A DNA stretch of 64,000 bases, from the NCBI RefSeq assembly GCF_006345805.1, contig NC_042997.1, positions 67,890,001 through 67,954,000 of the forward strand. Reading direction: 5' to 3'. Below the pieces are notes generated by a model, which saw only the letters and a program-made list of their open reading frames with translations, had not been told where the DNA came from and searched no databases. The DNA comes from Octopus sinensis. Its lineage: Eukaryota. The translations under genes were made by a program, and so were the position numbers. This document shows positions 1 to 13,477 of the stretch, piece after piece; the first letter of the stretch is position 1, and every line of letters begins with the position of its first letter.

Positions 1-786
1 TTTTAGGTCAGATATTACCTTGGCAGGGTCGGAAATGCCTCGTGAAAATATCTGTTCCGACTTGGGCTATTTCTTACTGAAGAATCTGAGGGCCTATGGA
101 AGATTGGCTTGATTTAATTTAATCAGGTTAGTTTACCATTAACAGCAGATGAAACGGTGCATCGTATAAGAAATTACAGGGTAAATGTTTTTTAAATTTT
201 CTCCTGTTTACGGAATTGATTTTTATTTGCGGTTGAAGCTTTGGCTGTTATTTCTAGTGGGTGAATGGCCTATTATGGCCGTTCCTTGATTGTTGATGTT
301 GAACTTAAAAATGGTCTATGACTATTTAATTTTTTCCCACTAGGCCGCTGGTGGCAAAAAAATTCTACAAAATTTTTTTTTTGCTACCCTATATTGATTA
401 ATTATGAATTTTCTGGTTAATTCCGTAATGGAATCGACGGCTTATATTTATTTGTTGCCGATAAATTTGGCGCGAGTGCGATGATTTGAAAATTTTAGGT
501 CAGATATTACCTTGGCAGGGTCGGAAATGCCTCGTGAAAATATCTGTTCCGACTTGGGCTATTTCTTACTGAAGAATCTGAGGGCCTATGGAAGATTGGC
601 TTGATTTAATTTAATCAGGTTAGTTTACCATTAAACAGCAGATGAAACGGTGCATCGTATAAGAAATTACAGGGTAAATGTTTTTTAAATTTTCTCCTGT
701 TTACGGAATTGATTTTTATTTGCGGTTGAAGCTTTGGCTGTTATTTCTAGTGGGTGAATGGCCTATTATGGCCGTTCCTTGATTGT

Positions 787-790
<4 letters not shown>
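1..790 (+). repeat. Head-to-tail tandem of a 492-bp interspersed repeat (1.6 copies visible), ending at a (TA)n tract
   Basis: TTTTAGGTCAGATATTACC starts at 1 and again at 493; the copies are near-identical (one 1-bp indel seen) up to ...GATTGTTGAT|(AT)n at 790. An inverted copy lies at 55462-55968. Confidence 0.93.
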
Positions 791-851
<61 letters not shown>

Positions 852-2134
852 ATATATAAACTGGATGGTTACGTTTGGAACGCCTTTTCCCTCAGGTCTG
901 TTATTATGTCGACTAAACGACAACTTTTTGACTTATATTTCATGACACTGGAAGTGTACAATATCGGTATGGCTTATATTTCATTAAAACATTGTTAAAA
1001 AAGCACAGGAACAAAATATCGTAAATATCCTAACGTTAATGTATATACGTATATAATAAATCTGTTTGTTTGTGACTATATAACTGCTATTTTCATATGT
1101 CAACTCAGTTCAGACAAAGCCTGATCATTTTCCTCTATGTGTAAAGGAGACTGGAATGTTCTGAAATACACGCCAATATTTGCATAGCTTTCATTTTGAA
1201 TTAAAACTCTAACAAATACAAGAATTACTAAGTCATAATTTTGAGTTATCTCCAGGGTAAGAAATTCAAGTAGACTTAGCATTATGGCAAAAGCGAAGAA
1301 TGGAAATGTATATTTTGTTAAGAATATCGTGTATGCAGAAGTTCTGTAGAGAAATAGATTAGATTTGAATGATATCTTTTTTATAGTTTTAAAAAAAATA
1401 TAATATAACTTTCTTTTATAAAATACAAATAATGGTCATACTAAAAATCTCTCATACATCTTAATCATTGGATACTGTGTTGCATTAATGCAACGTTAGC
1501 TATCTGAATATTCTGTAAAGGCTTGAAATGAGAATTTCTGCGCATATTTAATTTCCTCTAACGGCAGGACGGATATTAGGCTAGTAAGACTAAATAACCT
1601 AACGTTCTCTGTGGTTAAAAATCAATTATTACTGCAATATGATCATACAAGATCATCCAATGCTGGAGATTATAATGATGTATCTATGTGGTGTCCATCA
1701 TCTTAGAAAAAGCAGCTAAATCTCTCTGAGATAACATACCAACGTTTTTTTTGAATTGACAAATTGAATAAAGTAATCTAGGGTGTACAATGCACAAAGA
1801 AAAAAAAGGAGGAAATATTTTTGTACATAAGTTTACTCAGAGCTACTTTGGAGTATATAAGAACAACCACAATACTTCATAGGCTGGAGCTTGTGCAGAC
1901 CGATGTATGTAGATACACTTAGGTTTCACAGCACACTTCCCAGCTTCAGTGACGCTTCACAGCTATAAGCAGTACAGTTTTTATACCTGATATTATGAAT
2001 AAAGAAATTCATTTATGGATAATGAATTTCTGTTCTTACGAAAGCGGTTCATAAAGCAATTTAATGCATTTATTTAACTTTGTTATTTTGTCAATGTTGA
2101 GTGGAGAAATATTCTTTTCTACTCTAGGCGCCAG

Positions 2135-2272
2135 GACCGGAATTTTGGGGGAGAGGGCCAGTCAATAAGATCAACCCCAGTACGCAACTGGTACTTAATT
2201 TATCGACCCCGAAAGGATGAAAGGCAAAGTCGACCTCAGTAGAATTTGAACTCAGAACGTAAAGACAGACGT
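2135..2272 (-). mobile_element. tRNA-derived SINE fragment (GGCGAGCTGGCAGAA-head family)
   Basis: Reverse complement of the family body: ...ATCGACCCCGAAAGGATGAAAGGCAAAGTCGACCTC...GAATTTGAACTCAGAACGT. Confidence 0.85.
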
Positions 2273-2352
2273 GAGTAGAGAAATATTAATAATATTTATG
2301 TCAATTGCATTTACAAAAGTTTGTATAATTAAGTTAATATTTTAATTAAGAT

Positions 2353-2568
2353 CAAGGTGGCGAGTAGGTAAAATCGTTAGCGTGCCGATGAAATGCTTAG
2401 CGGCATTTCATTTGTCTTTGCGTTCTGTGTTCGAATACCGCCAGACCAACTTTGCCTTCCATCCTTTTAGGATGGATAAAATAGGTACCAGTTGAACACT
2501 GAGGTCGATACAATCGTCTTATCCTATCTTCCGAAATTACTGGCCTTGTGCCAAAATTTGAAATCAAT
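2353..2568 (+). mobile_element. tRNA-derived SINE, tail type B (..GGCCTTGTGCCAAAATTTGAAA)
   Basis: Head GGTGGCGAG..ATCGTTAGC..AAATGCTTAGCGG, body GTACCAGT..GGTCGAT, tail B. Confidence 0.85.
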
Positions 2569-2583
2569 ATCTTAATTAAAATC

Positions 2584-2800
2584 AAGGCGGCGGGCTGGCA
2601 GAATTGTTAGCACACTGGATAAAATGCTTAGTTGCATTTCGTTCGCTTTAACTTTCTGAGTTCAAATTCCACCGAGGTCGATTTTGTTTTTAATCGTTTC
2701 GGGATCGATAAATTAAATACTTGTCAAGTACTGGCGTCGATGTAATTGACTTATCCCTCCCCTTGGAAACTACTGGCTTTGTGCCAAAATTTGAACGCAA
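2584..2800 (+). mobile_element. tRNA-derived SINE, tail type B (adjacent second copy)
   Basis: GGCGGCGGGCTGGCAGAATTGTTAGC...GTTCAAATTCC...GGCTTTGTGCCAAAATTTGAA. Confidence 0.85.
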
Positions 2801-3736
2801 TATTTTTATCAAGGTCACTCAGTGCTTCATCTTCCAGGAACCATAAATAAAGTATCAACCAGACACTGGTGCTTATTTACTTATACCTATCCCCACTATA
2901 TAGGCGTGTGGTCTTTTGACAATGATAGAAACGTGTAAGGGAGACAGCGACAAGTCAGACGTGACTATATTCCGATTTCAGTTACTGTTGGATACGATGA
3001 CTTCTCTGTAAGAAAGCCATGAATGTCACAAGCTCTCACCCGATCGAACTTTAAAATGTATGTAAAAAACAAAAAATACAATTTTTAAGAGTCAAACGAA
3101 ACCAAAAATATAAGCAAACTACTGTGTGCTATCATTGCGTGAGAATTTACACATTTTTGGAATGAAAAGTGTTAAATTCAACGCAATCTTAATATTTTGT
3201 TTCCATCTAGCAATTTCCAAAGCTGACAGCTTATTCTCTTCTTTACTTCTCATCGTCTTTCTTTTCTGCTTTCCACAATTCATTTTTATTTACTTCTTTT
3301 TTCATATTCTTCTTCTATGACTACTTTTTCTTTTAGTTCTTTGTGACATTAATGGATTTTTCTTCAGTCGAGTTTAATATCAAGATTTCAGTTCTGTAAT
3401 TTAAAGTAGTACGTTGAGAGAACGTTCCAGAAATTTGACAAACGAAAGAGGCACTCAGTTTTATTGTGTATTGAGGTAATATTGAGTTATAATGTCAACT
3501 TGAATTATATCAACAGCGCACTATTAATAAAAAATAAAACAAACAACACCAAAAGCAATCACATCAACAGCAATACCACCGCCTACGACGACGATGATGA
3601 CTACGGTAATGAAGGCGTCGACAGTAACAGTGAGAAAACAAAATACAAGCATATAAATGTAATTCAAAGTAAAATTTAAAACAGCTGACATATTCACAAC
3701 TACACATACACACGCAACTACACACACACACACGTA

Positions 3737-3739
<3 letters not shown>

Positions 3740-3821
<82 letters not shown>
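3740..3821. repeat. (ATCT)n microsatellite, representative of many (also about 4090-4260, 16900-17020, 21490-21590, 37610-37677)
   Basis: Perfect tetranucleotide array, read directly. Confidence 0.98.
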
Positions 3822-3822
<1 letters not shown>

Positions 3823-4089
3823 TAAGCTCGCTAGCTATCGCTCGCACACACGCACACGCACACGCAAACGCACAAAATACAAAGAAACGCATACACATGA
3901 ACGTATGTATATGCTTGCCTTTCCTGCAGGCATTGACCTACAATAGTTTGCAACAAAACATGAACGTTAACAAAACACTGACTGTACCTATTTCACCATT
4001 ACGAGAGGGTCTGAAAACACCATGAGTCCTACCCCATTCTCCACACCCATCACGTAAAAAAAGTGCATCTCTGTCTGTTTGTCTGTCTG

Positions 4090-4183
<94 letters not shown>

Positions 4184-4188
4184 AATCA

Positions 4189-4261
<73 letters not shown>

Positions 4262-4639
4262 ATGATTTGGTTTAGGCATTGCGATACTTATAACCAGTTG
4301 GTGAACTTCAATAGACTTAAGCTTTAGAGTAAGACATCAGGAGAGTACAGAGCGTATTATCAGTTAACTGTTTCTGACTCAAAATTTGTGGTGAGGGAGT
4401 AAGTCAATTGTAGCTACTTCAGTGCGAATAAAAGGCGAAGCGAACTTCGGCGGAATTTGAACTCAGAACACAAAGACAGGCGGAATGCCGCCAGGCATTT
4501 TTCCCGGTTTCTTATTATTAATTATTAATTATTCTTATTATTAATTAATACCTGCAGGTATTAGTTGTGTGTATTGCAGGTATTAGTTGTGTGTATATAT
4601 ACATACATACATACATACATACATACATACATACATACA

Positions 4640-4672
<33 letters not shown>

Positions 4673-4689
4673 GTACAAGTTTCTCGTCT

Positions 4690-5000
4690 CAGTTGACATG
4701 TAGAAACAGCAACGCTACATGAGCTGTGAATGCTGAGGACGTGAAAAATAGCAAGAAAAGAAACTAGCTTTTTCGATGGATTTGCAATATCTGTGAGCGT
4801 CTACAAAAAATTACAAATATGTTGAGAGAAAAATTGGGAATAAGCGGCATCAGATGTGTTGTGCAGAATATTGCGTTGGTATGAATATGTGGTACGGATG
4901 GATGAGGACAGTTGTATAAAGAAGTGTCAATTGCTAAACGGCTAAACGAGCACGGAACCTGTGGAAGGAGGAGATCCAGGAAGAGGAGATGACAGGGGAT
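4690..5000 (+). mobile_element. RTE-clade LINE 3' ORF fragment (decayed)
   Basis: Translates to LREKLGISGIRCVV..LRWYEYVVRMDEDSCIKKC..GTCGRRRSRKR, the RTE C-terminal 'LRWYGHVxRM...GRGRPRK' signature. Confidence 0.8.
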
Positions 5001-5390
5001 CGAGATGAATGGCAATATGCCGTGCTTGAGAAAATCAATCCATCTCAGCAGCCACGAGGTTCCAGCAAGCCTTCTTCCACAACTCATCTTCCTTCCATCA
5101 TATTGTCACCGCAAAACTGATATTATCTGCGTCCAACTTATTTTCTATCTCTAATTGTCTGTCAACATTTTTCACCCTAGCGTTCTTACCAACACATCTT
5201 CCTTCTCTGTTCTTCTACTCCACCCTCTCTTTCATATTCACCTTGTGCTTTAACCTCAGATCTCTTTCTCTGTCTCTCTCTCTGTCACTTTCTGGATGGC
5301 CGAGCTATACATTCACGTTTTTCAGTAAAGCACCTGCACTTGACTCTCAACCTTATCTTACTCTTATCTCTCAATACTATATCCTACTTA

Positions 5391-5620
5391 AGGCGTCGAG
5401 TTGGCAGAATCGTTAGCAGGCCGAGCAAAATACTTAGCGGCATTTCGTCCGTCTTTAAGTTCTGAGTTCAACTTCACCGAAGTCAACTTTGTCTTTCATC
5501 CTTTTGGCGTCAATAAAATAAGTACCAGTTGAGCACTGTGGTCAATATAACCGACTTAGACCCCCCCCACCACCACATAAAAAACCATGTGTGGCCTTGT
5601 GCTAACATTTGAAACCAATA
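5391..5620 (+). mobile_element. tRNA-derived SINE, tail type B
   Basis: AGGCGTCGAGTTGGCAGAATCGTTAGC...AAGTACCAGTT...GGCCTTGTGCTAACATTTGAAACCAAT. Confidence 0.85.
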
Positions 5621-5838
5621 CTATACACTACTCAGTTCAGGGATTTTGTCTCGCAGGTGATGAAAAAGACATCCAGTAACTCTGAGAAGTGGTTAGCATT
5701 AAGCTGGGCATTCAGCTATAGAAACCATGCCAGAAAAAAACATTCAAACTTGGTGCAGCCTCCTGGCTCTTCTGTTCATGTCGGACTGTCCAACACATAC
5801 ACGTACACAAGTTTCTCTTCTCAACATATATTTAATGC

Positions 5839-5911
<73 letters not shown>

Positions 5912-6709
5912 AGGCTGTATACATGTTTATAGGTATGTATGTGTAGCAATAACCACTTTAGCCATTTTGAAATGTGGCGCGAATTGGCAATATGACGTAA
6001 TGTCGTATTGCTGAAGAATTATCATTTTGGTTTTTTTCCATTGATTAATATAACTGCTCATATAAAGATTCTAGAAGTTTCGAAAATAATATCTGTCATG
6101 GATTTCGATTCCTTTTAGTCGAGTTGAGCAGTTATAAAAACCCTGGATTTTGGAAAATATTACAGTGTTCGTTGGTTGTCACGTAACTCCACGTCACTCA
6201 CTCTTTTGGAGACATCGGTAATTTTTATGCCATGTCTAAGTTAATCACAAATCTATTTTGATTTGCTGGTTAATGTATTAGATAGAAAGAAGAAATTAGC
6301 TAAGGAATTTATAGTCGTTTTTCTTCACGACAAAGTTATCTTTCTTACTGTAAATAATACAAAATGTTATATTTATATAATAAAAAATAATTAAAAAGAA
6401 AATGTTTCTCTTCACGTTTGTTTTTCAACTGAGCATAGATAAATATGCATTTCTGTAAATCTTTGATTTATGTTTCTTATAGCGGTTTAAAGGACACGAT
6501 TAAAATATTCAACATACATGTCATTAATATAGCGTTCCATGCGTATATGTCTCTATGACGTTATAACTGTAGTTAGGGTTTTTAGGTATAATGATAACAC
6601 TTGAGTATATGTGACATTGAATCATTATATTCTCCCTTAATCAGAGAAAAGACAAAATAAATAATATAACCTAAGAGAAAGCTTAAGGTAGAATAACCGA
6701 AAACCGCCG

Positions 6710-6741
<32 letters not shown>

Positions 6742-7734
6742 TGTATGTATGTATGTATATATAAATATATATATATATAATATACATGTGCTCGACTAAA
6801 GGCGGTGCTCCAGCGTGGCCGCAGTCAAATGACTGAAACAAGTAAAAGTGAATAAAACAGTAAAAGAGAATGCATGCAAACCAAGGGATATAGCAATCAC
6901 AATCACATTCCACTTTCTATTTGCATCTAAATAAATCGTGTCAGAGTTAAATGTTTTAGTAAGAATACAGCAACTCCGATGTTAAGATATAAACATCTGA
7001 ATGTTTTCCCCCGTTAATACAGCACCTTATTGATGAAACAGCTGCGCATGCCAGTAGATATTGGAGAAAAGCATAAATATCGATTCCTTTAGATGAATAT
7101 CACCAATCCGACCCTCCTCCTAACACTTAACTTCATTAACAATGATTTCCTCTCGATATATATATATATATAACAGCTTATGAAAACAGTATATAGAAAG
7201 TGTATACATTACAGGCTTAATACAATTTATCGTATTTGTGTACAATTAAGCATTAATTGAATGAATAGCGCTACTTAATCAGCTCAGCTAGCTGCGAATT
7301 TTACGCAGAAACTATTCAGATAATTCTTTACGATCACCAAGCTTGTAAAAAAAAAAGATTAATGATTAATCAAACAAAAACCAAATAAATAAAGAAATGA
7401 TAAGTCAGGAAAGAAAACAACAAACCGATTGCTGGTTTCCTCACCTTAGTTTTTCACCATCTTCTGCTAGATTAAAAAGGAATACTAGTGTTCATTTCTT
7501 ATTGAGCTTGCTCGTATATGTCTAATTCTATCATCATCCATTGCAAATCCTCATATCATACAAAAAGCTAGAAGGGTAAGAACTTGGGTCTTCGCCCAAG
7601 TAGTTGATGAAACTTGTATACTTTATTTTCCAGTTACAATTCGATATAGTATATGCTATAAACATATAGTGTAAATATTCAAACATCGTCTTACCAAATC
7701 CTGTTGTAATTCGCACGAAATTTTAGGTCGTCCA

Positions 7735-7824
7735 TAGTCACCTTAGTGTATAAGTTTACCTATCAATTTTTGGGATGTAAATTTTGTACCGAAAAATCCG
7801 ACTTGTATGCCGGAAAATACGGTG
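7735..7824. mobile_element. pogo/Tigger-like DNA transposon end fragment
   Basis: GACTTGTATGCCGGAAAATACGG resembles a pogo-type terminal repeat; no matching partner end found. Confidence 0.4.
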
Positions 7825-7967
7825 TCTATCACTAATGAGTTCTTGCTAAGTAATACAGTCCTATGAGCATTGTGCTATTAAGGCTACGAAGATTACGAAT
7901 CAAGAAATTCTTCTGCTAAAAGTGAGGAATGAAGTGGTTTTATCATGTAAAACGACATCGTTTAAAG

Positions 7968-8233
7968 CAGTGGTTCTCAACAGGGGTCTATATGGCCCAT
8001 GAAGGTCCATATTAGACTTTTGGGGTCTACGCTAGGTTTTTTTCTACAACGTTTTGCATAGTTCGACCTACACAAATTAAACAATGAAACCAAAATAGGA
8101 ATTTTGAAAGAAGTTTCTAAAAAACTAGTTTTTAAACATCGAATGCCTATAGGGGTCCACCAGAATAAAATAGTAATCAAAGGGGTCCATAGAGAAAAAA
8201 TTGTTTGAGGACCCCTTGGTTGAGAAACCTTGG
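7968..8233. mobile_element. hAT (Charlie-like) MITE
   Basis: Left end CAGTGGTTCTCAAC, right end GTTGAGAAACC (imperfect TIR), internal GGGGTCCA repeats; no 8-bp TSD recognisable. Confidence 0.6.
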
Positions 8234-8608
8234 GTGTCTCTAACGCTCATGGTCATGTAGGGACAAAACATCCGAATCAAGAAGCATTGAATACCGCAAG
8301 GAGGGTGGTTAAGCAGAATCAAAGAATAAACAAAGTGGACAATGTCAGTAAACATGAATAATGACATGCAAAAATAGAGCGAACAAATTGTGCCTCTTAA
8401 TATGCATCATTCTTGTTATGGATATTGAATAGCTGATTCTGTTATCGGTATTGATTTGGTCAGGAAGCTTAACTGCTTAATTAGTCAAGGCGCGCAGCAG
8501 AAACAGCCCATGCTGTATCGTGTGGAGTCACTGTGAAGTCGATATCTTGCGAGCTGTGCTTAATACACACGCTCCACGTCGGTAGATCTTGAAGAAAATG
8601 GAATTCAC

Positions 8609-8740
8609 CTGGTTGGCGTACTCTTGGTACGCTGCATGACGACTAAGTTTTCGATAGCGCCCGTTAAAACTTACAGAATTTACCGCCAATATACCGCTAC
8701 TACCACCACCACTTGAGAGTAAAGTAGTCTGAAGTTCCAT
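8609..8740 (-). CDS. Candidate first coding exon of an unidentified host gene
   Basis: Non-repetitive ORF MELQTTLLSSGGGSSGILAVNSVSFNGRYRKLSRHAAYQEYANQ followed by a CAG|GTGAAT donor-like site, in locally CpG-richer unique DNA. No homolog recognised. Confidence 0.25.
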
Positions 8741-9781
8741 TAATTTCAGAAAGAACTTGTTAGAAAAAAGTCGCAAAAACAATCTATGATTTCTCAGACA
8801 AGCGCAAAGACTATATTTATAGGTGAAACGAAATGAAAAAATTGTGAAGATTTATGTCTCTCTCAAAAGCATTAATGTCGTAAGCAAAGTGAAATAGTTA
8901 AAACCAGGAAGTGAAAGAGGTAATCGAAAGTAAGAATACGTTCATTGAAAACTTAGTACTGATTTTTCCAAAGTGTTCGCCACATTCCATTCCAAGTGAG
9001 CAATAAGACGCCTGAAACAATTATTACGGTAACATTAACAAACAAACAGGTAAATAAGCAAATAACTACAACAAACTAAACAAGCAAACAGAAGAGTGAA
9101 CGTGCACACAAATAAATACCGGAGCACACACATGTATGCAGAAAACTTAATACAGAAATAATGAGTAAACGACAAAAAACACAAGGAAAATATATATATA
9201 AAAAAAAAATGAAAGGAAAGTAATAAATGGTAAGCAAGTGGCGGCGGTGAGGAGAAGGAAGAACAAATGAAAACAAGCGAGAATCAGAAAATTCAATTTG
9301 AAAGCGACCAAATTCATCGAATAATATAGAGCAGCCCGTGTGTTTGTTGCACGATACATAACAACGTTAATGGATTCCATCTTAAGACTAAATGTATGTT
9401 ATAAATACGGAGGCGAGTTTCTCTGAAAGTCAATTACTGAAATTACAGAAAGATCTGAGAAGTAGAAGCAACAGTAAGAGCAACAACTATAATATATATT
9501 TAAACACCATAGTAAATACGTTACGAGCCAATAAGTTTGGATAGCAGTCAAATCTATTTCAGATCACACTGAATAATGTTGCCTTAGGTTCATAGGTTCA
9601 TTGCACCTAAGAAAAAGTCTAGAGAGCCACGACTGGCTTGTATTTCATGATGAAGCTGCTAGATAAAGGCTGACTATGGGATAGACAACAAATAGGTTGG
9701 AAACACTTTTCTCATATATGCGTGAGTATATCTACATATATTTATACACACGTACATATATAGATGTATCTGTTTGAATAT

Positions 9782-9835
<54 letters not shown>

Positions 9836-9836
9836 G

Positions 9837-9878
<42 letters not shown>

Positions 9879-9987
9879 ATATAATATATATATATGTATG
9901 TATATATATATATGTATGTATATATATATGTATGTATATAATATATATATATATGTATGTATATATATATATGTATGTATATATATG

Positions 9988-10036
<49 letters not shown>

Positions 10037-10038
<2 letters not shown>

Positions 10039-10445
10039 CGCAGGAGTGGCTGTGTGGTAAGTAGCTTGCTAACCAACCACATGGTTCCGAGTTCAGTCCC
10101 ACTGCGTGGCATCTTGGGCAAGTGTCTTCTGCTATAGCCCCGGGCCGACCAATGCCTTGTGAGTGGATTTGGTAGACGGAAACTGAAAGAAGCCTGTCGT
10201 ATATATGTATATATATATAAGTGTGTGTGTATATGTTTGTGTGTCTGTGTTTGTCCCCCTAGCATTGCTTAACAACCGATGTTGGTGTGTTTACGTCCCC
10301 GTCACTTAGCGGTTCGGCAAAAGAGACCGATAGAATAAGTACTGGGCTTAGAAAGAATAAGTCCCGGGGTCGATTTTCTCGACTAAAGGCGGTGCTCCAG
10401 CATGGCCGCAGTCAAATGACTGAAACAAGTAAAAGAGTAAAGAGT
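10037..10445 (+). mobile_element. Composite tRNA-derived SINE (GCGCAGGAGTGGCTGTGTGGTAAG head, internal microsatellite, ...CAAGTAAAAGAGT tail)
   Basis: tRNA-like head with B-box-like GGTTCCGAGTTCAGTCCC, CTTGGGCAAGTGTCTT core, tail GACTAAAGGCGGTGCTCCAGCATGGCCGC. Other copies at 17148, 25706 (-); tail only at 6785-6850. Confidence 0.9.
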
Positions 10446-10462
10446 AATATATATATATATAT

Positions 10463-10513
<51 letters not shown>

Positions 10514-10710
10514 TGAGAAAGTTGGTTTGTGAAAGTACGTGGTTGAATATATAGAATATATAGAAAAGCTGAACGCGAAACCGGTCATTTCTTCTAAATT
10601 ATGTCATTGTAAGAAAAAAATTTATAATATTCTTCAGACATATTGACTCAAATATATATTTTTTAACCTTTTAAACAAGCCTTCTGTAGTTTTTTCACTT
10701 TTTACTAGTT

Positions 10711-10804
<94 letters not shown>

Positions 10805-11068
10805 TATTTAAAACAATTTGATTCGGTTCCATGCGGCTTAAAGTTTCGCAGGCCTCTAATAGACACCCGTCTCTTTCAGGCTTTAAATGACCAAATTGGT
10901 AATCTAAAGCCTGAAAGAGACGAGCTTCTGTTAGATGTGCCTGCGAAACCGAATCAAACTGTTTCATATAATACATGCTACACCTACTGAATGTGTTGAG
11001 TGCCCTTTTTGTTTGTCCACTCATACGTGTACACACAACACACACACACAACACACACACACACACAC

Positions 11069-11111
<43 letters not shown>

Positions 11112-11986
11112 ACACACAGAGCATAGATAGATATAGGTATAATGGATCCCAAATATGCCAATCTGTTCTTTCGCTGCATCGAAAGCCAAATTTTATAATT
11201 CATCAGACCGAAACCTGACATAGATGATTGTACCAGTGTACCATCCGTCTATCACAAATAACTGAAGAAACGCTTTTATACCATTTGCTAATTCCTTTCA
11301 CTCTTTTCTCGAATTCATCTCTAGCCTCATGGAAACCTCCTTTAATTCCTTTGCTATCGCTGTCTCTGTTAACTACTTACATCACATTCTTCCTACCACT
11401 GATTTCTATAAACACACCAATCCTCACTCCTATCTTGAATTTCTTTTCTTCTAAAACAGGGGTGGGCATTCCTTATTCTTAGTTTAGTTTGTCTCATGAC
11501 AGCCCCGAAGAAGACGCCGCATAATATGCACAGAAATGTAGTACAAAGACATATGAATTGAGAAAGTCTATTATTTAGGTAAATAATCCTTCGAAAAGAC
11601 GGTCACTACTGACGCCCGCTGGGTTCGGCTGCTCTGCATTAATAAAAAGCAAATACCCTGAAACTAGTCTGCAGATGCCTGACCAGCAAGGGGTAGCGGC
11701 TGACCTCCCCTGTTCGAAGGTTATAATGGACACAAGTTCGTGTGTCACATAGAGGCGATGGCCTCTTGGAGCTAATCAACAGCAACATTCGTCCTATATT
11801 TCTGAACTGCCATATTAGCTTGGCGATAACTATTAATATCCAGTACCGCTGCCGTAGTCTCCATTAGAGAGAATTAGAAATATTAATATTTCTATCTATT
11901 ATTTCACTTTTATAATTAACTTGAGATCTAGCAAACGGAGTTAGGAACAATAAGTTTTTGATTGATAAAATAATACATGAAAGATA

Positions 11987-12198
11987 AGGCGGTGAGCTGG
12001 CAAATCAGGACGTTGGGGAAAATGCTTAGCAGCATGTTATTCGTCTTTACGTTCTGAGTTGAAATTCTGCTGAGGTCGACTTTGCCTTTCATCTTTTCGG
12101 GGTCGATAAAATAAGTACCAGTTACAGACTGGGGTCGATATAATCGACTTACCCACTACCCTGAACTTGTTAGCCTAGTGCCAAAGTTTGAAACCAAT
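11987..12198 (+). mobile_element. tRNA-derived SINE, tail type B
   Basis: GGCGGTGAGCTGGC...GGGGTCGATAAAATAAGTACCAG...GTGCCAAAGTTTGAAACCAAT. Confidence 0.85.
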
Positions 12199-13477
12199 AT
12201 AATACAAGAAAGCAGAGGAAGGAGGAAGGTCAACACACATGGTTAGGAAAGCATTCGCATAAAGACGGACGGGTGCATACACTCATACGCTCTAGTAAGC
12301 ATCAAACAGAAACAGGTGTACACCAAACAACACAGCTATTAACAAATAAATGCATACCCTCCCCAACCGGCCAAATATATTATAGATGTTAGAAATGATA
12401 ACCAAGTGTCTCTTACAAAATCCAGGTGTCTCTCTCAAAAATTACAGCATTCATACTTTTAAGAATTTCAAGAAATTATAATTAAATGACAATTCTTCAA
12501 TAACATTTCTTCCATCCTACGCTACAATCACGCATTATTATAAAATACATCAGAATCTTCAATAATCTTAATACATTGAAATGATGAGAATAACTTTAAT
12601 ACCTTTAGCCCTTTTGACATCAGTTGTTTGTAAACATGACGTACTGGCTCCTGTCATTTTAACTCATCATGAAAACGGAAGCTTTCACAGCACCATAGTT
12701 TCCTCGTGTTTCTACCAAATCAAATAGCTTTTCATTTTTATGGTGTATTTTTTTCCTTTTATTTTAAATTGAAAATCAGAAGAATAAACATGCAGTTTAC
12801 TGAAATTTATATTTTTGTGCATGCAATTAACGGATCAGTTTAACAAAGATTTGAAGCTAAACTGCTTTGGCGTTTGGAAAATTATGCTGCTGAGGATAGT
12901 ATTATTTTTAATCACTTGCACTATTTTACGTTTTATGATGCGTGTTCAAATCCTGCTTTTCAAATTCTTCGTCTTTCATCTCTCCAGATGAACAAAATGA
13001 TAATAGCAGTTAAGTTCTGGAGTGGGATTAATAAACTATGCCCCATCCCTCAAAGAATGTGTGGCCTAAAGCCAGAGGTAGGAAGCAATATGTACCATCT
13101 CAACAAAATGACGTACCTTGTCCAGGCAATAAGTCGACGGCTCTCACTCTGCTAATAATCTTGTGCTTATTTTACGACCGAAGCACAACAGCCCTCACTG
13201 TACCAGCTAACTATACAATCCAGAGTTAGTGAAAACTGCAGTAAGCTGAAAAAGAAGTATAGATGTCGTTTTGACCCAGCTCTGATAGAACAAATTTATG
13301 AAAAATAATGTTTCCTCTTTGACTACCTCATATTTTGTATATCTATTTCTTCACTGTCCTTCGTGTATTTTCTTTTCTTTTAATGACATTGCCTAGCTCC
13401 TGGTCATCCTATATCGAGAAAACCTTTAATTAAGGACGTTTCAGCTTTAATCATCCTGCATTTTTGAATAGCTTGTA

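Noticed and set aside
10-40. ATATTACCTTGGCAGGG resembles the U1 snRNA 5' end
   Set aside because: The similarity stops after about 17 nt; no U1 stem-loops or Sm site; it is part of the 492-bp repeat.
3040-3105. Stem GACTTTAAAA/TTTTAAGAGTC followed by GAAAC, hammerhead-like
   Set aside because: No intact CTGANGA and no stem III/NUH.
3524-3679. Acidic ORF (YDDDDDYGNEG)
   Set aside because: Degenerate trinucleotide repeat in low-complexity DNA; no splice or domain support.
11580-11800. Cluster of short hairpins, considered as an HDV-like ribozyme or RTE 5'UTR
   Set aside because: I could not assemble the P1/P1.1/P2/P3 nested pseudoknot; only generic short stems are present.
12989-13078. Possible + strand exon (CTCTCCAG|...GAG|GTAGGA)
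   Set aside because: Plausible splice signals but no recognisable protein and no partner exons; at chance level for 64 kb.
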